A stretch of 64,000 nucleotides of DNA from a virus. The stretch covers positions 64,001-128,000 of IMG/VR virus record IMGVR_UViG_3300042868_010462; one strand, given 5' to 3'. The position numbers and the translations under genes are program-made. The notes below the pieces were generated by a model, which did no database searches, had not been told where the DNA came from, and saw only the letters and a program-made list of their open reading frames with translations. This document shows positions 26,405 to 33,536 of this stretch, in pieces. Position 1 is the first letter of the stretch. Each line of letters opens with the position of its first letter.

Positions 26405-27139
26405 TTAAAACTTTTTATATTTTTTATCCCAATTTTCAATCCTTTTTAAAAGTTCTTCCATTGTTATTGACGAATTATCCTTTTTTATTGAATTATCTGA
26501 GAATAATAATAGATTACAATTCGCAGGATGGGATATAATCTTTGGGTTAATCTTATTTCGAAAACCATCCATCACAGAATACATATGGTCTTTACTTACC
26601 CCTTTCAAATTATTCCGTTTGTTTGTTGGTGAATACCATCCATATTGTTCAACTAAAGATAAATCAAATTCATCTTTAAAATCTTGGATGTCAAACTTAA
26701 AAAAACAAGATGGTCTATAATACTCGTAATATGTTAATTTACAATCATTACATATTATTTTCAACTTTTCAGTTACCTCATTAATTGAACAAATCTTACA
26801 AATCTTTTTAGTTTTAATCTTTTCCTTTCTGGGCTTGTTTTTTAAGGTCTCTGAAATCTTTTTTTTAGTTTCTTCAGTCAGTTTTCTATTTCTATTATTA
26901 TACTGTATAGCACAAGAAGATGAACAAAAGGTATTAGGTTTACTAAAATATTTTTCAAATTCCTTTTTACAATTTTTACAAACTTGATTTTCCTTGTATA
27001 TAACTTTTAAATTCAATCTACCCATTTTACAATTGATAGATTTGTAAGTCGTTCCCATAATTTCAGCAATATCACCAGGTCTATAACCCTTCTCGACAAG
27101 TGAAACTAATTGTTTTATATTTTCATCATTCCATTTCAT
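26405..27139 (-). CDS. Putative HNH-type homing endonuclease
   Basis: HTH-like N-terminus, CxxC..FCSSSC, LTEETKKKISE (NUMOD3-like), SKDH...HPANC...N..K. Confidence 0.7.
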   Translation of the reverse strand: MKWNDENIKQLVSLVEKGYRPGDIAEIMGTTYKSINCKMGRLNLKVIYKENQVCKNCKKEFEKYFSKPNTFCSSSCAIQYNNRNRKLTEETKKKISETLKNKPRKEKIKTKKICKICSINEVTEKLKIICNDCKLTYYEYYRPSCFFKFDIQDFKDEFDLSLVEQYGWYSPTNKRNNLKGVSKDHMYSVMDGFRNKINPKIISHPANCNLLLFSDNSIKKDNSSITMEELLKRIENWDKKYKKF

Positions 27140-27191
27140 ATATATAAATATCTAAGAAATGAGGAAAAGTAAAGAATCGAACTTTTTTTTG

Positions 27192-27265
27192 AGGTCGGGG
27201 AGGGAATCGAACCCCCCTAAAAATGATTTTGCAGGTCATTGCCTAAACCACTCGGCCACCCGACC
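27192..27265 (-). tRNA. tRNA-Cys(GCA)
   Basis: GGTCGGG/CCCGACC-T; CTGCAAA loop. Confidence 0.88.
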
Positions 27266-27283
27266 TTAATATTTCTTTTTTAT

Positions 27284-27410
27284 CCCCCAACTTCACCCCA
27301 CTCGTCAGTGGGGGAGTGGTTAGGTTGAGTCCGAACTTATACCTTGGGCTATTCGTTGGACAAAAAGACCACAGCAAGTGAGCAGTTCTAATGGGATGCT
27401 TCGTGGTACA
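27284..27410 (-). ncRNA. Candidate structured ncRNA between tRNA-Lys and tRNA-Cys
   Basis: GC-enriched and non-coding; ACCAC/GTGGT, AGCA/TGCT and CCCCACT-GACG-AGTGGGG stems. Confidence 0.45.
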
Positions 27411-27417
27411 TTGAATG

Positions 27418-27492
27418 TGACCCTGGTGAGACTCGAACTCACGCTCCCTAAATTAAAAGTTTAGTGCTTTAAACCAACTAAGCCACAGGGTC
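27418..27492 (-). tRNA. tRNA-Lys(TTT)
   Basis: GACCCTG/CAGGGTC-A; CTAAA-CTTTTAA-TTTAG. Confidence 0.9.
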
Positions 27493-27493
27493 A

Positions 27494-27799
27494 TTAATCA
27501 AATTTTCTATTAGGATTCATTCCTCTCTTATAGTTCACACACAATCTATCTTTATCATCAAAGAAAGTATTGACCATTGGTGTGCCCAATTTTATACCAC
27601 AACCATCAGGTGCGAAACTACATAAACTTCTTGCACGACCATCCAAGTTTACATCTTCCAATAATCTCCACTCAATTCCTGTCTCCACATCATAAACATA
27701 ATCACCATCTCTCAATACATAAAGTTGGTTGTATCTGTTTCTCATTGATTCATAAAACTTCGCTGACATAGTGTTCATTAAAATTAAAACTTTCAACAT
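27494..27799 (-). CDS. Hypothetical protein
   Basis: ORF between tRNAs; start uncertain. Confidence 0.55.
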   Translation of the reverse strand: MLKVLILMNTMSAKFYESMRNRYNQLYVLRDGDYVYDVETGIEWRLLEDVNLDGRARSLCSFAPDGCGIKLGTPMVNTFFDDKDRLCVNYKRGMNPNRKFD

Positions 27800-27822
27800 A
27801 ATTCGGTTGATTGAATGGTTAA

Positions 27823-28035
27823 CTAATCCTGTCTAATTACATTCCCAAATCTACACAAAAGATTCATATATTTTACTGTTTCCATCAAATAATTTTGATT
27901 TTTATCCATTAAAATAACAACCTCCATATCAATAATTGCTCTTACCTGAACCTCCTTGTTGTTGGGATTGTCATCACCAAAATCAATAATTAAGTTGTCA
28001 CCAACTTTAAACTCACCAATTTTTACCTTTTCCAT
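27823..28035 (-). CDS. Hypothetical protein
   Basis: 70-aa ORF. Confidence 0.55.
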   Translation of the reverse strand: MEKVKIGEFKVGDNLIIDFGDDNPNNKEVQVRAIIDMEVVILMDKNQNYLMETVKYMNLLCRFGNVIRQD

Positions 28036-28050
28036 AATAAATATTTTTTG

Positions 28051-28125
28051 TTGTTCCGGTGAGGCTCGAACTCACGACTTCTACGGTATCAGCATAGTAC
28101 TCTAAACCAACTGAGTTACGGAACA
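28051..28125 (-). tRNA. tRNA-Ile(GAT)
   Basis: TGTTCCG/CGGAACA; CTATG-CTGATAC-CGTAG. Confidence 0.9.
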
Positions 28126-28132
28126 ATGTTTG

Positions 28133-28206
28133 TGGTTCCATCAGGATTTGAACCTGAAACCCCTCCGTTATGAGCGGAAAGCTCTAACCACTTGAGCTAT
28201 AGAACC
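28133..28206 (-). tRNA. tRNA with CAT anticodon, probably Ile2 (lysidine, reads ATA)
   Basis: GGTTCTA/TGGAACC-A; TCCG-CTCATAA-CGGA; Ile2-like body (TAGCTCAAGTGGTTAGAGC), adjacent to tRNA-Ile; identity inferred. Confidence 0.75.
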
Positions 28207-28220
28207 TTAAAAAAAATTTG

Positions 28221-28292
28221 TATGGGTGACCGGATTTGAACCGATGACCACTAATTCCCAAAATTAGCATTCTACCTCTGAACTACACCCAT
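28221..28292 (-). tRNA. tRNA-Pro(TGG)
   Basis: CTAAT-TTTGGGA-ATTAG; GGTTCAAATCC. Confidence 0.88.
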
Positions 28293-28295
28293 ATA

Positions 28296-28445
28296 TTAAA
28301 CAATTAAACCATATATAATTCCACATAGAAGAACAATTAGAAAAATAAGTCCTACTAAGAATAGGTCTGAGTTTCGTTTGAAGTGAGACAAAACTAAGAA
28401 TAATATTCCAATTATCAAAAACAAAAGACCAATTAATAATAACAT
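28296..28445 (-). CDS. Small two-TM protein (49 aa)
   Basis: Manually translated MLLLIGLLFLIIGILFLVLSHFKRNSDLFLVGLIFLIVLLCGIIYGLIV; fits between two tRNAs. Confidence 0.5.
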   Translation of the reverse strand: MLLLIGLLFLIIGILFLVLSHFKRNSDLFLVGLIFLIVLLCGIIYGLIV

Positions 28446-28462
28446 AATTTAATTTTTTTTTG

Positions 28463-28556
28463 CGGAGAACAGAGGTCTCGAACCCACACACCAGCTCATC
28501 ACCGATGACATCTGATTTTCAAGACCAGGCCGATACCAATTTCGGTTGACTTTTCC
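28463..28556 (-). tRNA. tRNA-Ser(TGA), imperfect acceptor and T stems
   Basis: CTGGT-CTTGAAA-ATCAG; long variable arm; G73. Confidence 0.7.
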
Positions 28557-28564
28557 GTATTGTT

Positions 28565-28641
28565 TGGTGGTATGATGGGACTCGAACCCACACATACATC
28601 ATCCACAATGATGTCCCTCTACCAATTGGGGTACATACCAC
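28565..28641 (-). tRNA. tRNA-His(GTG)
   Basis: G-1:C73 pair; CATCA-TTGTGGA-TGATG. Confidence 0.92.
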
Positions 28642-28649
28642 ATATAGTT

Positions 28650-28725
28650 TGGTGGTGATGATTGGAATCGAACCAATATTAAACGATTTTCAGTCGTTCG
28701 CCTTGACCAACTTGGCAACATCACC
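28650..28725 (-). tRNA. tRNA-Phe(GAA)
   Basis: GGTGATG/CATCACC-A-CCA; AACGA-CTGAAAA-TCGTT. Confidence 0.92.
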
Positions 28726-28735
28726 ATAAAGTTTT

Positions 28736-28799
28736 GAGTAAGTATCCACCACGTTTAAGGCTGGCTGTGGACAGTGCTACCTACGACCTTTCCTTACTC
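28736..28799 (-). ncRNA. Candidate 64-nt structured RNA at the start of a tRNA transcript
   Basis: GAGTAAG/CTTACTC closing stem; inner TCCAC/GTGGA; begins just after TAACTTTG (28805-28812). Confidence 0.45.
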
Positions 28800-29034
28800 T
28801 TCTACAAAGTTACCATTTTTTTTTAATTTCCAAATATCTTTGTAAGTTTTTTTTAAAGTGGTCAAAATCCACCACTTTAAGTTATTACTACACAATCCAT
28901 AAAATGGTAAAAACCAATTAATGTAAAACTTGAACAATAAATTATTTTAAAAAAAATTTTGAATTTTACTTGGATGTATGGTATTTGTTTTGTTTCTTTG
29001 TTAAACATTATTTCACTACTAAAAATTTAAAATT

Positions 29035-29157
29035 ATGAACACACAATTGAGCACAACTTCAAAAATTATTGTTGGAATTATTTCTGTTGTATTATTATAC
29101 AACGCTACTTACCTACTAGGAATTGTTGTAGGTTTTTTACAAGGTATTTTGGGTTAA
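29035..29157 (+). CDS. Small hydrophobic protein (40 aa), opposite strand to the tRNA array
   Basis: MNTQLSTTSKIIVGIISVVLLYNATYLLGIVVGFLQGILG, followed by a long hairpin. Confidence 0.45.
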   Translation: MNTQLSTTSKIIVGIISVVLLYNATYLLGIVVGFLQGILG

Positions 29158-29264
29158 AATTATTCTTTTAAAAGTAGAATTCGGATTTTATTTAAAAGTT
29201 CGAATTCTACTTTTATTATCTCTATTTCATTATACCAGGTAATAAAATCCCTCACTTTAGAATG

Positions 29265-29337
29265 TTCCCCCTGATGGAATCGAACCACCATCCTCAGAAT
29301 CAAAATCTGATGTAATCAACCATTATACCAAGAGGGA
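29265..29337 (-). tRNA. tRNA-Gln(TTG)
   Basis: TCCCTCT/AGGGGGA; TCAGA-TTTTGAT-TCTGA. Confidence 0.9.
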
Positions 29338-29353
29338 GTATTATTTTACCACG

Positions 29354-29365
29354 ATGTCAATGAAC
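29354..29365 (-). promoter_or_regulatory. boxA-like element GTTCATTGACAT
   Basis: Directly after the attenuator T-run and before tRNA-Gln; exact copy at 23519-23530. Confidence 0.6.
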
Positions 29366-29397
29366 AAAAAAAACCCTGAACTTTATGGTTCAGGGTT
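29366..29397 (-). terminator. Attenuator-type intrinsic terminator after leader B
   Basis: AACCCTGAAC-loop-GTTCAGGGTT-T-run; the 5' arm is complementary to ATGGTTGGGG...TTCTA in the leader. Confidence 0.82.
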
Positions 29398-29421
29398 CTA
29401 CTATCAAAAAATTATTAACAA

Positions 29422-29529
29422 TTATAATTCTATAGAATTTCCCCAACCATTACAAACACTCGGCTTTGACCAACAATTGCTAAATTGTGGCTGAACCGAT
29501 ATGTTAATATGTTTGAAGAAATTTTTCAT
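29422..29529 (-). CDS. Leader peptide B, MKNFFKHINISVQPQFSNCWSKPSVCNGWGNSIEL
   Basis: 35-aa ORF 24 nt upstream of the terminator; composition matches the downstream tRNA array. Confidence 0.78.
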   Translation of the reverse strand: MKNFFKHINISVQPQFSNCWSKPSVCNGWGNSIEL

Positions 29530-29576
29530 TTTTTTAGTTTGTTTATAAGTATTGCGAAATTAATAAAAAGTTTGGC

Positions 29577-29890
29577 TCAGAATGATTTTTTTCCAAAGTT
29601 GCAATTTTGTTTAGTTTGCTGAACTCATTCTTTATAACCTAAATTGACAGGATAGTGTTTGGTCAAATTTACAAGTTTTGATGTTTAAAGATTGCTGAAT
29701 CTATCCCTCGTTCTATATAACGTAAATATAATTAAAAAGTTTCAAAAAGAAAAGAAAATTGGAAAAATTGGTTTCAGTATGGGTTTTTTGTTGAAGTTTA
29801 TTTCCGTGCGATTGGAAAAATGAGTCAACAACTCAGCCTTGTGTTCGAATGATTCAATATTTGTATCTTAGTTTGCTGGAATCATACTTT
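29577..29890 (-). ncRNA. Three related stem-closed RNA-like elements with a CAGCAA motif (29577-29633, 29648-29708, 29774-29890)
   Basis: AGAATGA/TCATTCT, GGATAG/CTATCC and AGTATG/CATACT closing stems, each followed by TT(C)CAGCAA and ending in CTG. Confidence 0.6.
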
Positions 29891-29913
29891 ATAAACCAAT
29901 TTTTCCTTTTCTC

Positions 29914-31311
29914 TTAGATTTCGATGATTGAGTATCTCTCTGAATTGATTGTCTCATTCATAATAGATACTGGTGTCATCTGTTTTCCACCCAATACTGA
30001 CTTTACAATACTTGGTGAAAGACCTGAGATTAATGCAGTCCCCGATTCATCACATCTAACAGGAAAGTTTTTATTCCTTGATTGAATATTCCAAAATATG
30101 ATTTGTGGTAATGAATAGCCACTTTCATCATACATTCTTCTTATCATCTGAATCGCACTTTCAGAGTGACGTGAAGCTTGGTTAAATTCCATATCAGACA
30201 TAATCAATATCTTAGAAGGCATATCTTCAGGTGATACACTATGTTTGATAGCTTGATTAAGAATAAGTTCGAATACTTTTTCTAAGTTAGTACTCATACC
30301 CCAATCCGCAACTAACATTTGGTCGTAGCGTTCTTTAAGTGTCCCCGAAACCTTTTCAAGTTGGGGCTTTTCAGAGAAAGTAATGAAAGAATCTTTGAAA
30401 ACTCCTTCATTTCTTTCTGAGATATATAAACCTAAAGAAACTGCTACATCCAAACAACTAATACTACCAGAAACTATTGAACTCATTGAACCTGACACAT
30501 CAACTACAGGTAAAATTCTTTCAGTTGTACCTTCCATAAAGTTTGGTAAAGCTTTCCATTGCTCGTTTGCCAATTCCCAACTACCTTGTTTCATTGTTTG
30601 AACAATGTTATAAGGATATATAGCACCAGCATTCACTTTGGTTTCACCTTTCTTTAGTTTTTCTAAATACTCAGTGAATCCAGTTGTGTCGTGTTTAGCA
30701 AAAGCCTTTGTGTATCTACCCATAGCCAAAGATGGAGTTTTTGAGTACTCAATCTCAGTCCATTGGTTTGCACACATCTTTTGTTCGACAGTGTTGGAAA
30801 CTCCTACCAATAATTTACGGAGGTTTTTAGGGGTGGTATTCAATGCTTTTCTAATTGCGTTGAAAATAACACCCTTTCTTGGTATCCACTTTGCACATAG
30901 TCCATTTTCTACAATAAGACCACTTACAAACATTCTGGTCGCCTCAGCTTCCAACTCGGTACCAAAAAGAACTGAAAGGTCATCCCATCTACCAAAGTAT
31001 GGTATTGCTTGGATGTTCTTTTGAACAACATTTGGATGATTCTCCACAAGATACTTGATGATATCTCGGAAGATTTGTCTTTCACCTGCTCCACCTCTTA
31101 CATCTCTAACCCAAAATAGGATTTTCAATGCTGACAACGGATTCTCATTGAAAGCTTTTGAGAATGTTGAGATAAGTCTTTCCTTATCTTGTTTTCTCAT
31201 AGCACCAATAGTAAAGAATAGGTTTACACATTCGTTCAAAGTTGAAGAATTAGTTACCATTCCATTTTCCGTGTAAGTGTCCTCTGATTGTAAGGCATCA
31301 ATGAAGTTCAT
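29914..31311 (-). CDS. DUF2828-type (TROVE/Ro60-like) protein with C-terminal vWA domain
   Basis: TENG, RDVRGGAGER, GRWDDL, AKWIPR, DVSGSM MIDAS motif, SDMEF, IFWN. Confidence 0.8.
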   Translation of the reverse strand: MNFIDALQSEDTYTENGMVTNSSTLNECVNLFFTIGAMRKQDKERLISTFSKAFNENPLSALKILFWVRDVRGGAGERQIFRDIIKYLVENHPNVVQKNIQAIPYFGRWDDLSVLFGTELEAEATRMFVSGLIVENGLCAKWIPRKGVIFNAIRKALNTTPKNLRKLLVGVSNTVEQKMCANQWTEIEYSKTPSLAMGRYTKAFAKHDTTGFTEYLEKLKKGETKVNAGAIYPYNIVQTMKQGSWELANEQWKALPNFMEGTTERILPVVDVSGSMSSIVSGSISCLDVAVSLGLYISERNEGVFKDSFITFSEKPQLEKVSGTLKERYDQMLVADWGMSTNLEKVFELILNQAIKHSVSPEDMPSKILIMSDMEFNQASRHSESAIQMIRRMYDESGYSLPQIIFWNIQSRNKNFPVRCDESGTALISGLSPSIVKSVLGGKQMTPVSIMNETINSERYSIIEI

Positions 31312-31371
31312 ATCGTTTCGTTTAATTGTGTTTTAAAACTTAAGTAATCGTTTTTGATTTGTCAAGGACTT

Positions 31372-31548
31372 TTAAATCTTTTTTACTTCGTATTTGTAAC
31401 CTGAGTCGGAATTAGTTTCGAAAAGATTCTTCATATTTTCAGCCTCCTCAATAGTTTCAAATTCTAATACTTCACATTGTGTATCAACTAATACAACAGG
31501 TAAAGTCGTATTGTGGTCTGTTTTGATGTGTTTTACAATAATATACAT
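31372..31548 (-). CDS. Hypothetical protein (58 aa)
   Basis: Manually translated MYIIVKHIK...YEVKKI. Confidence 0.55.
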   Translation of the reverse strand: MYIIVKHIKTDHNTTLPVVLVDTQCEVLEFETIEEAENMKNLFETNSDSGYKYEVKKI

Positions 31549-31550
31549 AA

Positions 31551-31823
31551 TTAAAATCGTTTTGCAATATTCTCAATTATATCAATTTCCTCATCTGTTA
31601 GAGTTAACCGATTACTTCTAATTTTTTCTATGGTTTCGTACCATAAGGTGTCATTAAGTGATAAATTTTGTGTTTGGGTATAAGTAGTAAGTGTTTTTGG
31701 TAAACTACCATCTTCAACCAAATAACGAATTAGTTTTTCGATTTCTCTACCTGAACATGAGTCAACAAATTCTTCAACATCAATATCTACTTCAGCTTCT
31801 ACATCTTGATAAAAGGTTGGCAT
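31551..31823 (-). CDS. Hypothetical protein
   Basis: ORF in operon. Confidence 0.65.
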   Translation of the reverse strand: MPTFYQDVEAEVDIDVEEFVDSCSGREIEKLIRYLVEDGSLPKTLTTYTQTQNLSLNDTLWYETIEKIRSNRLTLTDEEIDIIENIAKRF

Positions 31824-31827
31824 AATT

Positions 31828-32205
31828 TTAATTTTTTAAATCTTGTATTTGAATTAATTTTTCTGTCACTTGTTCAGGTGTGAGGTAACCTATGACATCA
31901 TCAGTTATTGGTGTAGTATAGGTTAATTCACCATTTTTGTCAAGTACAGCCATTTCATATAAACCCATCTTTCCACCATAGGACATTGGATGGGAAACCA
32001 CTGAAGCACCATAACCATTTTCGAACATAGTTACACTTCTTACACCACTCATAGGATGGGGTGTGAATTGGATATCTTCAAATTTTTTGTACTTCAAGTC
32101 AAGTTCATCAATTAATCGTTGATAGGATAAACCTGTTACTTTGGATGTTTCTACTATACCATTTTCAGTATAGAATTGTTTCATTTTTTCTTTTGGATTA
32201 CTCAT
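31828..32205 (-). CDS. Hypothetical phage protein
   Basis: FENGYGASVV...SYGG..GLYEMAVL...YTTPITDDVIGYL. Confidence 0.7.
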   Translation of the reverse strand: MSNPKEKMKQFYTENGIVETSKVTGLSYQRLIDELDLKYKKFEDIQFTPHPMSGVRSVTMFENGYGASVVSHPMSYGGKMGLYEMAVLDKNGELTYTTPITDDVIGYLTPEQVTEKLIQIQDLKN

Positions 32206-32839
32206 ATATGTTCAAAGTGTTTTTACATTTTTTACAAAAAAGACCAGTATCATAATCATCATTATTTATAGCCATTACACAAGATAAATCGTCACAATGT
32301 TTCAAACCAAGAATGTGACCTAACTCGTGTACCATAGTTTCTTTTATAAACCCATTACCCACTCTTACCGATATATTAAAACCTGTGGAATATCCTCTAA
32401 CATAATCTCTTATATTACTATCAAACAATCTTTTATCTGTCAAGAAAACAACTGAGGTATATTCTGAATATGTTTGTAATAACTTTTGATTATCCATAAT
32501 TTCAGTCAAATTACCAAAATCATCTGTAATCATAAATTCACTGATTGATTCTATTTGTGAGTGATATTCAAAATCAACTTTAATACCTTGGGAACTAAAA
32601 ATATTGATAACCTCATTTATTGTATCTTGTAACTCATCAATATTTACATCACCCAAACAAATTATCTTGAATGACCGATTTATTTTAATATTATCGAATA
32701 CCCTTACATTATGTGATGAAGAATCAAATTGTGTAGGATTTGGTTGTTCGGTAACATCCTTAGCTAAATTATCAAAGTTAACATCCTTCAAAATGTAGAT
32801 GAAAAATACAACAACAGCAAGATTCAATAATGTTTTCAT
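32198..32839 (-). CDS. Archaemetzincin-like zinc metallopeptidase, membrane-anchored
   Basis: HELGHILGLKHC...CVM...FCKKC. Confidence 0.8.
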   Translation of the reverse strand: MKTLLNLAVVVFFIYILKDVNFDNLAKDVTEQPNPTQFDSSSHNVRVFDNIKINRSFKIICLGDVNIDELQDTINEVINIFSSQGIKVDFEYHSQIESISEFMITDDFGNLTEIMDNQKLLQTYSEYTSVVFLTDKRLFDSNIRDYVRGYSTGFNISVRVGNGFIKETMVHELGHILGLKHCDDLSCVMAINNDDYDTGLFCKKCKNTLNIYE

Positions 32840-32941
32840 ATGATTTATTTCTTTTGATTATACAAATGTAGTAAAAGTTTTTGATAACTAGTTATTCTTT
32901 CAAAAAAAAATATTTATAATTGAAAGAAAAAAAATATTCAT

Positions 32942-33433
32942 ATGGAAAAGGTACTAGTATTGAATGCGGATTTTACACCTATTAATGTAACTAGTGTTTA
33001 TAAAGGATTTACTTTAGTAAGTAAAGGAAAAGCTGAAGTGTTAAAAGCGAGTGACAAACCCTTATTATCAGGTATGGGTGAATTTATACGTCCATTAATT
33101 ATCAGATTATTAAACTTTGTCAAGTTCAGAGTTCATAAATTGAAAATCAATAGACATAGATTATATAAACGTGATGGTCACGAATGTACTTATTGTGGAA
33201 GTAAAAGAAACCTTACAATAGACCATATTATACCAAAATCTAAAGGTGGACAAAATACTTGGATGAACTTAGTAACTTGTTGTTCATCTTGTAATAGATT
33301 GAAGGGTGATAGAACACCAGACGAGGCAAATATGAAAATGAATATTAAACCTTATGAACCAACTATATTTTCAGATATAATCAATTCATCAGTTGGGGAT
33401 ATTTGGGAAGAATTCAAAACAACATTCTATTAA
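32942..33433 (+). CDS. HNH endonuclease (McrA-like)
   Basis: VLVLNAD, RDGHECTYCG, TIDHIIPKSKGG..W.NLVTCC..CN..K. Confidence 0.88.
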   Translation: MEKVLVLNADFTPINVTSVYKGFTLVSKGKAEVLKASDKPLLSGMGEFIRPLIIRLLNFVKFRVHKLKINRHRLYKRDGHECTYCGSKRNLTIDHIIPKSKGGQNTWMNLVTCCSSCNRLKGDRTPDEANMKMNIKPYEPTIFSDIINSSVGDIWEEFKTTFY

Positions 33434-33536
33434 ACACAAAAGGACGTGTAAACGTCCTTTTGGTAGATGTTGGATACCTCCCTTTCTTTAGTCGAGTTTA
33501 TCCCATGTGAGTCCTACCTCACAGGTTTCTTTAAAA

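Noticed and set aside
28264-28491. 75-aa minus-strand ORF
   Set aside because: It overlaps tRNA-Pro and tRNA-Ser; 28296..28445 fits the gap.
28463-28556. Possible tRNA-Sec
   Set aside because: The anticodon is TGA (Ser), not TCA, and no sel genes are present in the window.
19351-29890. CRISPR-like array interpretation of the repeated elements
   Set aside because: Repeats are not identical or regularly spaced, they fold as closing stems, and no cas genes are present.
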